The notes under the pieces: generated by a model
Told to the model about the DNA's origin: nothing
The model's database searches: none
Seen by the model: the letters and a program-made list of their open reading frames with translations, nothing else
IMG/VR virus record: IMGVR_UViG_3300046011_002684
Span: 1 to 64,000 of that record
Reading direction: 5' to 3' (one strand)
Source: a virus
Length of the DNA: 64,000 nucleotides
Translations under genes and position numbers: made by a program
Shown: in pieces, positions 1-9,770 of the stretch
Layout of the letters: every line of letters starts with the position of its first letter
Numbering within the stretch: the first letter of the stretch is position 1

Positions 1-15
1 ATCCCCTATTTCAAA

Positions 16-1146
16 TTAATCCAATCTTTTTCCTTTTCCCCAATCAATTACGACAGGGAAACGAGGAATGCCATCGGGGGTAGGAGTAAAGTAACGCAGT
101 GTAACCCAATCAGGCTTATCCTGGTTCTTCCACATATCACCAAGAGTCTGTAGATCACCACGAATACCAGCTTGGAACGTAGTAGTGTCATTCAGTTTAA
201 GAACAAGATGCTTGACACATCCTTGCCAGTTACCAAGACCTTCAAGTAACTCGACAACTTCGAACTCATCAGTAAGGAATTCTTTTCGTTTTAAAAGATC
301 CTTCGTGCGCTTGTTCGCGTACGCGGCGTCCGTTCGAATCATCTGTCCTTCATAGCCATGTTCCAGATAACCTTCATACAAGCTATCGATCGACTTAGGA
401 TCTGTAATCTGCATCGTAGGAACGATATGGATATAGTTCGTATGTGCTTTCCAACGCAATGCTTCACGCTGGCGGAAAGGCATATTGATATTATCCAAAT
501 GATACACGTCATAGACGTGGTACTGAACAAGTTCTTTTGATTTAACTAGATCTTCATCCTTCGGCTTGGTCTTACGAACAAGAGATACGATCGTATTGAA
601 GTCGTCTTTTAGTTCGTGGTTATAGAGTTCGCCATCAAGAATCATATCAGGATAATCAGCAAAGAATGACTTCAGCGATTCCCAGATATGTGGGACAGCT
701 ACAATCTCTTTACCAGACCGTGTCCACAGACCATCCTTACGAGCAATACAACGAATACCATCGAGTTTAGGTTGGCTATAGACATATCCCTTTGACCAGT
801 TAATAGGAACTTCATCGTACTTCTCTGCCAACATCGGCTTAAACTTATCGAATGTATGGATCATATCGATGTTAGAGAAATAGCCGGTATCTTCTTTCTT
901 CTTAAACTCTGCCATCATCTCAAAGAGTGCCTGGTGTTTAAGAGAAGTTTCGTTTGCACGACCTACGTTCTTTTGTTCTACAACTAGCCACTCAGATGTT
1001 ACGTGTTTGCCATCTTGTAAACCAGCAATTGACCTCCAAGCCCAACGGTCACCGTCAGTGCCAGTCTCTCCACGCCAGACACGTACTTTACCTTTCGTGT
1101 CCAGCTTGTAGAGCTTCTCGCTTGATGTAACGATATAGAAATCCAT
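16..1146 (-). CDS. ATP-dependent DNA ligase
   Basis: Motif I QPKLDGIRC, motif III ILDGELY, YHVYD, motif IV EGQMIR, LLKRK and C-terminal OB fold ending PRFP. Confidence 0.92.
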   Translation of the reverse strand: MDFYIVTSSEKLYKLDTKGKVRVWRGETGTDGDRWAWRSIAGLQDGKHVTSEWLVVEQKNVGRANETSLKHQALFEMMAEFKKKEDTGYFSNIDMIHTFDKFKPMLAEKYDEVPINWSKGYVYSQPKLDGIRCIARKDGLWTRSGKEIVAVPHIWESLKSFFADYPDMILDGELYNHELKDDFNTIVSLVRKTKPKDEDLVKSKELVQYHVYDVYHLDNINMPFRQREALRWKAHTNYIHIVPTMQITDPKSIDSLYEGYLEHGYEGQMIRTDAAYANKRTKDLLKRKEFLTDEFEVVELLEGLGNWQGCVKHLVLKLNDTTTFQAGIRGDLQTLGDMWKNQDKPDWVTLRYFTPTPDGIPRFPVVIDWGKGKRLD

Positions 1147-1362
1147 TTATTCATCCCCTGAAAAATAGTGTTTAAGAATCTCGAGATGATCGTGATACTT
1201 TGCCATTTCTTCTAGTTCTTTTTCAATAGCATCCATGATATCAGAATGTTCGCCAATCCCAACAGGATTGGCCAAGTATACCTCAATATTAATTCGATGT
1301 TTCTCAATGTGTGCTGACGCATGCCGCCGAACAGAATTCAGCATTATTGGTCGTAGATTCAT
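1147..1362 (-). CDS. hypothetical phage protein
   Basis: 71-aa ORF abutting the ligase start, downstream of an early promoter and GAGG RBS. Confidence 0.7.
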   Translation of the reverse strand: MNLRPIMLNSVRRHASAHIEKHRINIEVYLANPVGIGEHSDIMDAIEKELEEMAKYHDHLEILKHYFSGDE

Positions 1363-1387
1363 TATTTTATTCCTCCTATTACATTAT

Positions 1388-1423
1388 CAATATAAGGGAT
1401 TCGAAATGGTTTGTAAACCCCTA
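1388..1423 (-). promoter_or_regulatory. Phage early promoter, TAGGGG-TTTACA-N~17-TA(T)-rich -10; representative of about 18 copies
   Basis: Plus-strand TGTAAA(C/T)C-rich motif at 1412, 4828, 6724, 11063, 14487, 16797, 17794, 18997, 20309, 21563, 32090, 35009, 37131, 41222, 52758, 53007, 55647, 58809; each at a gene boundary upstream of minus-strand genes. Confidence 0.8.
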
Positions 1424-2080
1424 GTCCCACAAAGAGAAGTAATACTTTCCAAAAAGTCTGTGACCATTCTTGATACGTTCGTAATGAGCTTTCTTGCCTT
1501 CTTCGTCAATCTTAAACGTATGGTTCGGACCATATTCCATTCTAGAGTATTTGTCGTCTTCTTTTACAAACGTCCAATCCACTTCACCAGAATAGAATTG
1601 ATCGTCACCAGTATCTTCCTTTGCACACTGTTCAAAAGCCCAGATCATCTCGTCGAGAACCCAGTCCCAACGCTTAGAGTGGTTATCATCAATGTCCCAC
1701 TCGTCCTTTTTTGGTGGTGCAGCGGTGCTACGAAGATGCTCAGGAACATCCTCATCGTCTACATATGGTGCACCGTGCTTGTTCTCTTTCAGCTTCAATA
1801 ACAAAGGATGAACAAGCATTGCAATCGTATGATCAGCACCCCAAACATCATATCCATCAACACGGATCTTGACTTTACGCTTGGCATTGTCGAGATACTT
1901 ATTGATAGTTTTATTGTAGATAGTTTGAAGCCCACGCTCAAGTTTGTGAACAATCCTGTCCATACGAGAGAACTTGTCATCATCCATATCCCACCAAGTC
2001 TCGGCGTACTTTCTATTCATCCAGCGATCGTGGATATTAGAAATCCAACGGTAGCGGTAAGGTCCTATGTATACTTTCAT
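1421..2080 (-). CDS. hypothetical phage protein
   Basis: 219-aa ORF, ATGA overlap with upstream gene. Confidence 0.75.
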   Translation of the reverse strand: MKVYIGPYRYRWISNIHDRWMNRKYAETWWDMDDDKFSRMDRIVHKLERGLQTIYNKTINKYLDNAKRKVKIRVDGYDVWGADHTIAMLVHPLLLKLKENKHGAPYVDDEDVPEHLRSTAAPPKKDEWDIDDNHSKRWDWVLDEMIWAFEQCAKEDTGDDQFYSGEVDWTFVKEDDKYSRMEYGPNHTFKIDEEGKKAHYERIKNGHRLFGKYYFSLWD

Positions 2081-2568
2081 TCAATCACCTCGTTTGGAAA
2101 TTCATCAGTTGGCACAAACACATACTCAGGCTTTTCTGGCTGTGTCCACGGAAACTCGATAAACACTCGGCTTTCACGACCCGTATAGTAGCTCTTATAT
2201 GGTTTACCTTCGTCAATATCAGGCGACGAATACCATTCCCAGAACACTCGACCATCCATCCAGTATGGTCGACCGTCTTCACCTTTGAACACATTGCTAG
2301 AGCGTTTGTTCTGCCACATGTCTGCGCTGACTTCCGTCCACTCGTCAGATTCGCCAGTCAAAGGAGCAATAGGTTTCCACGATGCAAGCTTCTCAAACAG
2401 AGCTACTGCATACGGTGCTGACATACCGCTGTGACCTTGTTCTGAGAACACTTTCAGAAGCTCGAGTGTTCCTTCTGCAAGCCAACGGTTCGGTCCATCT
2501 TCTGGATCATTGATATCGTATCCAGCCAGTTTAAGTTCGGCTTCCGCCCATTTCAACATATTGCTCAT
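2077..2568 (-). CDS. hypothetical phage protein
   Basis: 163-aa ORF, ATGA overlaps on both sides. Confidence 0.75.
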   Translation of the reverse strand: MSNMLKWAEAELKLAGYDINDPEDGPNRWLAEGTLELLKVFSEQGHSGMSAPYAVALFEKLASWKPIAPLTGESDEWTEVSADMWQNKRSSNVFKGEDGRPYWMDGRVFWEWYSSPDIDEGKPYKSYYTGRESRVFIEFPWTQPEKPEYVFVPTDEFPNEVIE

Positions 2569-2894
2569 TCTTTAGATTCCTCATTATATGATTGCCAGGG
2601 AGTGTACCCTGTGGTGACAATTTTCGTGCCGTAATACGGTCTCATAAACGTAGGACAGTGAATATCAGCACAGACATATCCCATTACTCCTCTAAACTCC
2701 ATTCCACACTTTTGACATCTCGTTACACCAAAGTAAGGATCAATGTCATTGGGAGGATATGGAACATGAGGAGGAATTGGATTGGGTTCATCTTTCTTAA
2801 GGAGATGCTGAATGATCCAAGCAACATCACGCTTGATATCTTCAACATCAGACTGAATCTTCTCGATTGCCTTATTGCGGTCTTCTTTATTCAC
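2565..2894 (-). CDS. hypothetical protein with CxxC zinc-binding motif
   Basis: CQKCG...YVCADIHCP; translationally coupled. Confidence 0.65.
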   Translation of the reverse strand: MNKEDRNKAIEKIQSDVEDIKRDVAWIIQHLLKKDEPNPIPPHVPYPPNDIDPYFGVTRCQKCGMEFRGVMGYVCADIHCPTFMRPYYGTKIVTTGYTPWQSYNEESKE

Positions 2895-3319
2895 TTATCG
2901 TACTCCACCATCGGACAGACCTTTGACTTGTACGACTTATACTTTGCAACGAACAGAGAGTCTGGAACTTCTTTGTTTTGGTACTTACGCTTTTCAAAAT
3001 ACTCGCTAAGAAACATTCCACATGCGCCGATCGTACCAAATGCCAAAATTGCACCAACTGCGATACCTACAGTCACAAAAGTATCCCAAGGATGCTGATA
3101 GGCAACTACACCAATAACGAAAAGAAACGATAGAATACCGGCCGACATCGACGTTGCAACTACCAAACGAAACATAGTCACTCGCCAGTATGCACAGAAG
3201 TTATTGTGCTTTTGCTCCCAAGTGTCTCGCATATACCATTCGTTATTACCACGTTCATTAAAGAAGTGTTGATTCAGCTTATAGTGCCAAGAGTCACGAT
3301 TCACTTTAAACGGTTTCAT
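2891..3319 (-). CDS. hypothetical membrane protein
   Basis: Two hydrophobic segments; coupled ORF. Confidence 0.7.
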   Translation of the reverse strand: MKPFKVNRDSWHYKLNQHFFNERGNNEWYMRDTWEQKHNNFCAYWRVTMFRLVVATSMSAGILSFLFVIGVVAYQHPWDTFVTVGIAVGAILAFGTIGACGMFLSEYFEKRKYQNKEVPDSLFVAKYKSYKSKVCPMVEYDK

Positions 3320-3488
3320 TTCACACAGTTCCCACTAATATATTGCATACCACTTTCGATACATTGCTGTTTAAATTCTCGAGATTCAGCCATATCATTA
3401 ATAACAATATAACCTAGACCCCACATAAAGAAGATTGCAACAACGGCAAGCAAAATCACCGGTATCTGATCAATTAGGTCTCTCATAA

Positions 3489-3773
3489 TTACCCCCTCGG
3501 CAACTCAATCTTGCTAATCATAGCAATCATCTCATCTTTAGTCTTACGAAACACTGTTTGAGCAAACCTCATCGTGTCCTCACGATCAGTCACTTCTTCA
3601 ATCATTTTATCAAGGATTTCTTTCGTCTCAAGACCGTCTGTACCAACGACCTTGATACGCTCGATTGCAGCTTCTTTGATTCGTTTAATCTCGTTCGCAG
3701 CCTTTGTATAGTCCCGAGCAGCTTGTTCGAGCTCAAACGCGTATTGTTCAAAAGTACGTGTATCGATCATCAC
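3489..3773 (-). CDS. hypothetical coiled-coil protein
   Basis: 94-aa ORF in the minus-strand operon. Confidence 0.6.
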   Translation of the reverse strand: MMIDTRTFEQYAFELEQAARDYTKAANEIKRIKEAAIERIKVVGTDGLETKEILDKMIEEVTDREDTMRFAQTVFRKTKDEMIAMISKIELPRG

Positions 3774-4091
3774 TTAGTATCCTTTACTTTAATATTTCCA
3801 CAGTGTTCACATTGAAGAATGTAGCGATCGCACGAACCACTTGAAAAATCGCCTGTATAATTAACTCTACGTTTATCGATGATCTTCCATTTATGGATAT
3901 GACCAAAAAAGAGTAGTTGAATTAGACGGATCATTATACTAACCTATCTCCGATAGAAACTACGAGCCACATAATAACATAGAGAGTATGTTTAATCTCA
4001 GTAATCTCAGCCTTTGCTCGTATTGCAGAAATAACATGAAACATTATAAAGATATATGGGATAACAAGTAGTACGATATTAAAAATTTCCA

Positions 4092-4337
4092 TTAGTATGC
4101 ATCCTTAAAATTAACTCCACGAATGAGTATTTCGATTAGTTTATCAATCTTATTGTTCACATCATCAACATCAACCACACGAGTATAACGGATATCGTTC
4201 AGTTCGCCAAGCAGATTTGATACCTGTGCGTTATGTCTTGCGACCATCATAGGAACTTCTTGATCCGTTCCTTGCTTACGCCATTGCTTGACCTGTTCTA
4301 CAGTGACAGGAGTATGTCCAATAATACTATACATCAT
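4092..4337 (-). CDS. hypothetical protein
   Basis: 81-aa ORF with GGAG RBS. Confidence 0.6.
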   Translation of the reverse strand: MMYSIIGHTPVTVEQVKQWRKQGTDQEVPMMVARHNAQVSNLLGELNDIRYTRVVDVDDVNNKIDKLIEILIRGVNFKDAY

Positions 4338-4582
4338 TCTCCATCCTCAAAAGCTGTTAATTCTTCCAAGACAACGAAGGTATAGCTTGGAAACCAACCA
4401 TAGCGACCGTTATACGCCTTGATATATCCTTCCACAGCTGCCAAAGCTGCTTCCCGAGTATCGTAGCCTTTTGCACTGATTAGCACGTCAGTGTCGTAGT
4501 AAGGCCCAATCTCTTCATGGGCGATCTTGAGCAGGCCGTCCTCAGTCCGTTTAGCAATGTAGTAGCGAGTTTCCAGTTTCAT
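4334..4582 (-). CDS. hypothetical protein
   Basis: Start trimmed to MKLETRY, behind a GGAG RBS. Confidence 0.6.
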   Translation of the reverse strand: MKLETRYYIAKRTEDGLLKIAHEEIGPYYDTDVLISAKGYDTREAALAAVEGYIKAYNGRYGWFPSYTFVVLEELTAFEDGE

Positions 4583-4583
4583 C

Positions 4584-4778
4584 TCAGCTCTCCATGATCC
4601 ACTGTTTGAATGCCGCAAACTGCTCAGCACTCATGTGAAAAGTCTCTATCGTATATCCGTCGATAGCAACGCGCAATCCCCCATCAGGATAAGATCTATC
4701 AAAGCTGACGGATTCGCCAGGTCTGTAGGCTTCGAAGTCTTCTTTGTCTTGCCAAGTGCCTTCATGATTAGTAGGCAT
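4584..4778 (-). CDS. hypothetical protein
   Basis: GAGG RBS, downstream of the early promoter at 4828. Confidence 0.6.
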   Translation of the reverse strand: MPTNHEGTWQDKEDFEAYRPGESVSFDRSYPDGGLRVAIDGYTIETFHMSAEQFAAFKQWIMES

Positions 4779-4850
4779 GATAGGTTCCTCTCGTTGTTAT
4801 ACTCTTTATACAACAAAACACCCCGAATGTAAACCCCTATTTTCATTTTT

Positions 4851-5504
4851 TTACAATTCAACATCCACATAATCATAAATGCCAAGGCAGTGGAACAATG
4901 TACGACCACTGCGATGCTGCATAGTCTTGTGCCAATGCCCAAAGAACCAGTACTCTGGCTGATGAATCTCGTACAAAGTTTGCAGAAAGTCACCAGTACG
5001 AGTGTTGTAACGAGGGCCTTTCAGGAAACCAGTATCCCAGAACATCTGAGTGGCAATCTCATGAGGGCAGTCATGAGTAATCATGATACTAGGCTTGGTC
5101 ATCTTATAGATGTCAAGCATCTGTGCAAACTGCTCATCCGAGCACTCTTCATCGTCCCACCAGTCAACATCTTTCGTACGCTTATACCAACCAGGAGGTG
5201 CATCGGGGTTATCAATACTCCATGCACCACCGATGAACATTACATCGTTCTCTACAGTGCCGTCCTTGATCCAACCAACCATCTCTTTACACTTAGCAGG
5301 GTTGTCGTGGTTTCCACGGATAAAGCGGTGTGGTTCATCAGTATGGAGTTTATTAATACGCTCATGCCAGTAATCTGACTGACCGAAGCCAATACCAAAG
5401 TCACCGATCTGAATCGTAGGACCTTCGAACTTATCAATACCATACACCATATATTCGTTCACTTGGCCGTGGATATCACCAATCAGTCTAGTCAGTGCCA
5501 TCAT
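4851..5504 (-). CDS. calcineurin-like metallophosphoesterase
   Basis: GDIHG, GDFG, GNHD, THDCP and GHWH motifs. Confidence 0.9.
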   Translation of the reverse strand: MMALTRLIGDIHGQVNEYMVYGIDKFEGPTIQIGDFGIGFGQSDYWHERINKLHTDEPHRFIRGNHDNPAKCKEMVGWIKDGTVENDVMFIGGAWSIDNPDAPPGWYKRTKDVDWWDDEECSDEQFAQMLDIYKMTKPSIMITHDCPHEIATQMFWDTGFLKGPRYNTRTGDFLQTLYEIHQPEYWFFGHWHKTMQHRSGRTLFHCLGIYDYVDVEL

Positions 5505-5767
5505 TCACCTCTATACTTTCCAAACAAGGTTCGGAATTCTTTAGCCATTTCAAAACCTTGTTTACTACAAGCAAACCATACACCCATAAACATACCAACT
5601 GCTAGTGACAGTCTAAGGGTAAAAAAGAATGGCGGCCAAACAACGGGATGCCAAACAGCAAACGCAGTTGCTAGAAAAGCAAAGTAAACCAATGCAAAAA
5701 TCATAACAAGAGCAATTCCAGTCATAATAGCGAATGGAACCAAATACGATGTAATTTTAAGAATCAT
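5501..5767 (-). CDS. hypothetical membrane protein
   Basis: Two hydrophobic helices; coupled ORF. Confidence 0.6.
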   Translation of the reverse strand: MILKITSYLVPFAIMTGIALVMIFALVYFAFLATAFAVWHPVVWPPFFFTLRLSLAVGMFMGVWFACSKQGFEMAKEFRTLFGKYRGE

Positions 5768-5979
5768 CTTTTCCTCATTTTCTCATAAATGTTATATCCA
5801 ATTGTACCAGGCATGTAAGTAGAAAACACCCCCGCTATAAATTCAACCTCTTCTGGAATTAGATCGCCAGGAGTATATTCATCGTCCTCGACCACACGAT
5901 ATCCACGATCTTCAATTTCGTCGATCAAGTCATCGTCATCGAATTCTCTTAGACTTATTTCAATTGTTGCGTATGCCAT
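5764..5979 (-). CDS. hypothetical protein
   Basis: GAGG RBS; coupled ORF. Confidence 0.6.
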   Translation of the reverse strand: MAYATIEISLREFDDDDLIDEIEDRGYRVVEDDEYTPGDLIPEEVEFIAGVFSTYMPGTIGYNIYEKMRKR

Positions 5980-5986
5980 AATAACC

Positions 5987-6205
5987 TCAATAGATCTTTT
6001 TCACGTAATAGGTAAAGGGCTTGTCAGTACAGAAGTTGATTTCATTCCCTTCGAGAAGTTTACCTCGAAGGGAATTACTATCGATTCGTTTGATATACTT
6101 CATATGAAAGGTTCTGGGTTTAGATTTACCTTCTTCATAGATTTCTACGACATAGTAATCCTCGAAGGTTCTCTTAAACCATTCTTTCAACTTTGATAGA
6201 TTCAT
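5987..6205 (-). CDS. hypothetical protein
   Basis: ATGA overlap with upstream gene. Confidence 0.6.
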   Translation of the reverse strand: MNLSKLKEWFKRTFEDYYVVEIYEEGKSKPRTFHMKYIKRIDSNSLRGKLLEGNEINFCTDKPFTYYVKKIY

Positions 6206-6675
6206 GTGCCTCTCCCGTGTGCTACGCCATCAGCACCGTAACTAGCAGCAAACCCATGTGGCTTAAGCTTTGGTTCGATACCAGTCATACCAAGAACATA
6301 ACCGGCGGCTTCAGTAGCAGCGCAGTTCGAACCGTGCTTCGGATCGGTGTTTACGTCCAAGTGGATTTCCACTTCAAACTCGTCGATAAAGGGCGCAATC
6401 TGATTATAGAGTTCACAGACCTTCTGTACTTCGTTCATCATACGCATACGAGGACGATTTTTCTTCAGATCGTAATCGCGTTCGTGTGAAACGTTCGAGA
6501 AGATACGGCAACCAGAGTTACCATTCTTGTGAATGATAAGAACTGTTGCGAATCGCGCGTACGCGTCCGAACCCTTCATGTATCTAACAGAGTCACAGCC
6601 AAGATAGATTCTTGTGTTACTGTTGAGAGTAACAAGCAGATCTACGATATCTTCGATTTGTTTCTGGGTAAACAT
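6202..6675 (-). CDS. RNase H-like YkuK/DUF458 family protein
   Basis: IYLGCDS, RMMNEV, EIHLDVN, S and AAS-x-GAD acidic pattern. Confidence 0.75.
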   Translation of the reverse strand: MFTQKQIEDIVDLLVTLNSNTRIYLGCDSVRYMKGSDAYARFATVLIIHKNGNSGCRIFSNVSHERDYDLKKNRPRMRMMNEVQKVCELYNQIAPFIDEFEVEIHLDVNTDPKHGSNCAATEAAGYVLGMTGIEPKLKPHGFAASYGADGVAHGRGT

Positions 6676-6710
6676 CTTACATTCCTTTCCTTACCCGTTT
6701 ACTTTACCAT

Positions 6711-6736
6711 AAAAAAAGGCGGTTGTAAACCGCCTG
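6711..6736 (-). terminator. Intrinsic terminator whose loop region contains the -35 box of the next promoter
   Basis: Minus strand AGGCGGTT-TAC-AACCGCCT followed by a U run. Confidence 0.6.
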
Positions 6737-6738
6737 AA

Positions 6739-6945
6739 TCAAAATGATGAACCTTTTCTTTTTGTCCAATCATAACACTCATAGGCTCGTATCTCCCATC
6801 CTTTTTCCTTCACAAATCCATAACCTATACTTAGGTCTTCTGCACACTCTTCTATGGAATACGATACATACCCCGATGAGAAGACAATGCACATCTCCTC
6901 CCCATTCATATCTAAGGTACAAGCTAGAATCATTGCAGTTAACAT
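6739..6945 (-). CDS. hypothetical Cys-containing small protein
   Basis: 68-aa ORF coupled to upstream gene. Confidence 0.55.
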   Translation of the reverse strand: MLTAMILACTLDMNGEEMCIVFSSGYVSYSIEECAEDLSIGYGFVKEKGWEIRAYECYDWTKRKGSSF

Positions 6946-7172
6946 TAATTGCCCTCGTATATCTTACGGAGATGGGATTCGAATTCTTCGACCTTCTTTA
7001 ATCGATCAGGCCATAATATATAGTCTTTATCTGGATTCTTTTTTAGATTATTGAGTAGAGGAATCATGGCTTTATATAACTTATCAAGTCTAGATTGAAG
7101 CTCATCAACTGTTACTGCAGATAATTCATCTTCGTTTACAGCAGTAAATCCAAAGTCGAAAAGATCACTCAT
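6945..7172 (-). CDS. hypothetical T4-like phage protein
   Basis: Start trimmed to MSDLFDFGF; YILWPDR motif. Confidence 0.6.
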   Translation of the reverse strand: MSDLFDFGFTAVNEDELSAVTVDELQSRLDKLYKAMIPLLNNLKKNPDKDYILWPDRLKKVEEFESHLRKIYEGN

Positions 7173-7768
7173 TTCGCATATCCTATTACACAATATCTTT
7201 CATAGTTCGGTAGTTTCAGTGTGCCTTGGTAGAAAACATTTCTTATTCCATTCTTAACAGCCAGATCCTCGTGGTGACCGATTGTATTAATATGATCTTT
7301 TACGGTCACATAATTATTTGATGTTAAGGCGTACATAGGCCCTTCAATGGCAGTAAGATCTGTCATGTGTTCACATGAAGGATTAATAATCAAGTCATAA
7401 GATTGTGCTATCTCTGGTTTATCAAATAGTTGAGTTACGTCAAGGGTAAAACTGTTATAGTTCATTTTCATTTGATTATGAATAAAATACTGATCACGAC
7501 TATCATGAGCAGTTTGATCTAGATCAAAGAAGTCCCAAGAATCTACTTTCGCTTTATCACTCATGAGTTCGTATAATAGAACCGAATTCCAACTACCAAG
7601 AACAGCAACCTTTTTAAACTTGGTCTTAAACTTGGTAATCTCGTACACTAGCCATTTCTTACTTTTCAGTTGATTTGATCTTAGACTTTCAGATAAGGAG
7701 GTTTTTCCAGAGACGTAAGAATAATGGGCGAATCTTCCGAGAACTCTTTCTAAATCAAAATTAGCCAT
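7169..7768 (-). CDS. class I SAM-dependent methyltransferase-like protein
   Basis: VAVLGSWNS glycine loop, acidic FFDLD after strand 2, DLIINPSCEH. Confidence 0.6.
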   Translation of the reverse strand: MANFDLERVLGRFAHYSYVSGKTSLSESLRSNQLKSKKWLVYEITKFKTKFKKVAVLGSWNSVLLYELMSDKAKVDSWDFFDLDQTAHDSRDQYFIHNQMKMNYNSFTLDVTQLFDKPEIAQSYDLIINPSCEHMTDLTAIEGPMYALTSNNYVTVKDHINTIGHHEDLAVKNGIRNVFYQGTLKLPNYERYCVIGYAK

Positions 7769-7785
7769 AAACTATTCCTTAATAA

Positions 7786-7861
7786 TGGTGCCGGCACGAG
7801 GCTTCGAACCCCGGACCTGATGCTTACAAGGCAACTGCTCTACCAACTGAGCTATACCGGC
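7786..7861 (-). tRNA. tRNA-Thr(UGU)
   Basis: Cloverleaf, loop CUUGUAA, CCA encoded. Confidence 0.95.
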
Positions 7862-7894
7862 ATTGGTGATACACTAATATGTATCACCTTTTAT

Positions 7895-8785
7895 TTACTT
7901 AATACCTAAGCGAGCCAAAGTTTTTGGTCCAGCAATACCATCAGCGGTAAGACCATTGCGGGTCTGCCATTCCTTTAGTTTTGCTTCAGTAGCAGGACCA
8001 AAATCCCCATCAGCTTTTAGATTCAAAGCTGCCTGGAGTTTCTCAACGATTTTACCCTTTGAACCAATCTTAACGGTAGTTGGCTCAGCAACTTTTGCAG
8101 CAGGTGTGGCAGGAGCAGCAGCTTTTGCAGCAGGTGCAGCAGCGCTTACCTTACCACCAAGAATAGCAAGAGCTTTTTCCCAGCGCTGTTGGCGATCAGC
8201 AAGACCGATATCACCACCATTAATGATCTTAGTCATTTTGACAATGTCACCAGTGTCTGCAATTGCATTCAGCTTCTTATTGCCCCAGAACCAGCAAGCA
8301 CTTTCAATCGCACCTTTTTCGGTTGCAACATATTCAGCTGCTTCTTCTGCAGTCATACCAACAGACTTACCAAAGGCGGTATAGTTATCACGCCCAGTAA
8401 GCTGCTTTAGACCACGGCCGCGGAATCTCCAGCCGTCACCTTCTTTTACGTTACCCATCTTTGACTTACGGAATTCGTCCATATAGACATAGTTAGCGAT
8501 CTTCTCTGGGTTGCGAGCATACTCTTTTGCATCACGCTTACCAGCACCAGTACCAAAGTAACGACCAAACACTTTCAAAAGTGTTTCTTCTTTATAATTT
8601 AAATTTTCTTCAAGTGCAGTAAAGTTTGCGCTTTCGTGCGCGCACTGTGCGATGAAACCAGCAATACGGTTTGGAGTATTAATCTCGTACTTAGGAAAAA
8701 GTTCCGTCATGGCTTTATACCATGCGGAAGCATTCTTATTGCCAGGAATCATAGCTGCAAGATGTTCTTCTTTGAAAAAATCCAT
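7895..8785 (-). CDS. GH19 endolysin with C-terminal peptidoglycan-binding domain
   Basis: FIAQCAHES, FRGRGLKQLTGRDNY, INGG; Ala-rich linker; DGDFGPAT/DGIAGPKT PG-binding repeats. Confidence 0.92.
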   Translation of the reverse strand: MDFFKEEHLAAMIPGNKNASAWYKAMTELFPKYEINTPNRIAGFIAQCAHESANFTALEENLNYKEETLLKVFGRYFGTGAGKRDAKEYARNPEKIANYVYMDEFRKSKMGNVKEGDGWRFRGRGLKQLTGRDNYTAFGKSVGMTAEEAAEYVATEKGAIESACWFWGNKKLNAIADTGDIVKMTKIINGGDIGLADRQQRWEKALAILGGKVSAAAPAAKAAAPATPAAKVAEPTTVKIGSKGKIVEKLQAALNLKADGDFGPATEAKLKEWQTRNGLTADGIAGPKTLARLGIK

Positions 8786-8807
8786 ATGAGCCCCTATGAA
8801 ATATGAT

Positions 8808-8880
8808 TGGAGCGGGTGGCCAGAATCGAACTGGTCTCCTACAGCTTGGAAGGCTGGTTGGCTACCATAGCCTCACCCGC
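8808..8880 (-). tRNA. tRNA-Gly(UCC)
   Basis: Cloverleaf, loop CUUCCAA, U73, CCA. Confidence 0.92.
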
Positions 8881-8996
8881 ATAAGCGCTCGTCTCTCCGA
8901 GCTGTCACACCGATCCATAGAGCCGGAGCCAAGGACCACTTCACGCTAGTGTAACGTGGGTTAGACTCATATCATGTACTATCCACAAATTAATAA

Positions 8997-9082
8997 CTGG
9001 ATGGTCTGTGGACCTCGATGATACTATCATAACCGCTTGAACATGTAAGTTACCTTACTTGCTTGGTTGCAGTATCCATCCA
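8997..9082 (-). ncRNA. Y-like small RNA, copy 1
   Basis: Minus strand UGGAUGG-AUAC-UGCAA ... CCAUCCA-G; same terminal stem and motif as six other copies. Confidence 0.55.
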
Positions 9083-9095
9083 AATAGTATATATG

Positions 9096-9527
9096 TTAAA
9101 TTTCAGTCCAAGCTTTTACTTTATCGCAGTGAGCTTTCCAAGGTTCTGCATCATACTCATAACGCATACGCTCTCTGTTCCATTTCTTACTCAGTTTGCC
9201 AGCAGTTGGTCCGTACTTGTTTACCATCTCGCATACACGAGGAAGGACGTAAGCACGAAGCACCATAGGATCGTGGCACTTGTTCTCAATGGTCTTATAT
9301 TCTTTACCAGCAAGATAAGCACGAGCAAGGAAGGTAGCACGATTCTCGTTACGCACTTCCCAACGACGGTGAGTGCTCAAAGAACGATAAAGTGAAGCTT
9401 CTTTTTCAAATGGTTGCTGACGGTCTTTGTGCCAGTTCATTTGTCTCTTTACTTTACGCTCTTCAAAACGAATGATACGAGCTTCTTCTGAAAGGTGTTT
9501 AGATTTAATTTTAAGTTCTACAGACAT
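9096..9527 (-). CDS. basic protein of unknown function behind an amber-containing leader
   Basis: 143-aa ORF with AGGAG RBS that is complementary to the upstream uORF end. Confidence 0.8.
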   Translation of the reverse strand: MSVELKIKSKHLSEEARIIRFEERKVKRQMNWHKDRQQPFEKEASLYRSLSTHRRWEVRNENRATFLARAYLAGKEYKTIENKCHDPMVLRAYVLPRVCEMVNKYGPTAGKLSKKWNRERMRYEYDAEPWKAHCDKVKAWTEI

Positions 9528-9576
9528 TTTATTCTCCTAAATTGGTTCATTGGTTCTTCATAATGTAAGGCCCAAT

Positions 9577-9615
9577 TTAGGGCGGTCTAGTAATCTACAA
9601 GTGATATCTCTTCAT
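9577..9615 (-). promoter_or_regulatory. uORF MKRYHL-UAG-ITRPP-UAA, candidate amber-readthrough translational switch
   Basis: AAGGAG RBS 8 nt before ATG; CCUAAAUUGG at the uORF end pairs 10/10 with CCAAUUUAGG over the downstream SD. Confidence 0.7.
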
Positions 9616-9770
9616 TTGTATTTCTCCTTTATTAAAGGTTAGTTATCCGACTCCAAACATGCACTACCTGAGAAGGTTTTTATCGGTTTTACCAGCATGT
9701 TCCGTGGTTAATATAAGAATTCATGAGTTGTCTCGGTTACTCTCATGGGTTACTTATAACGTCGAATTGG

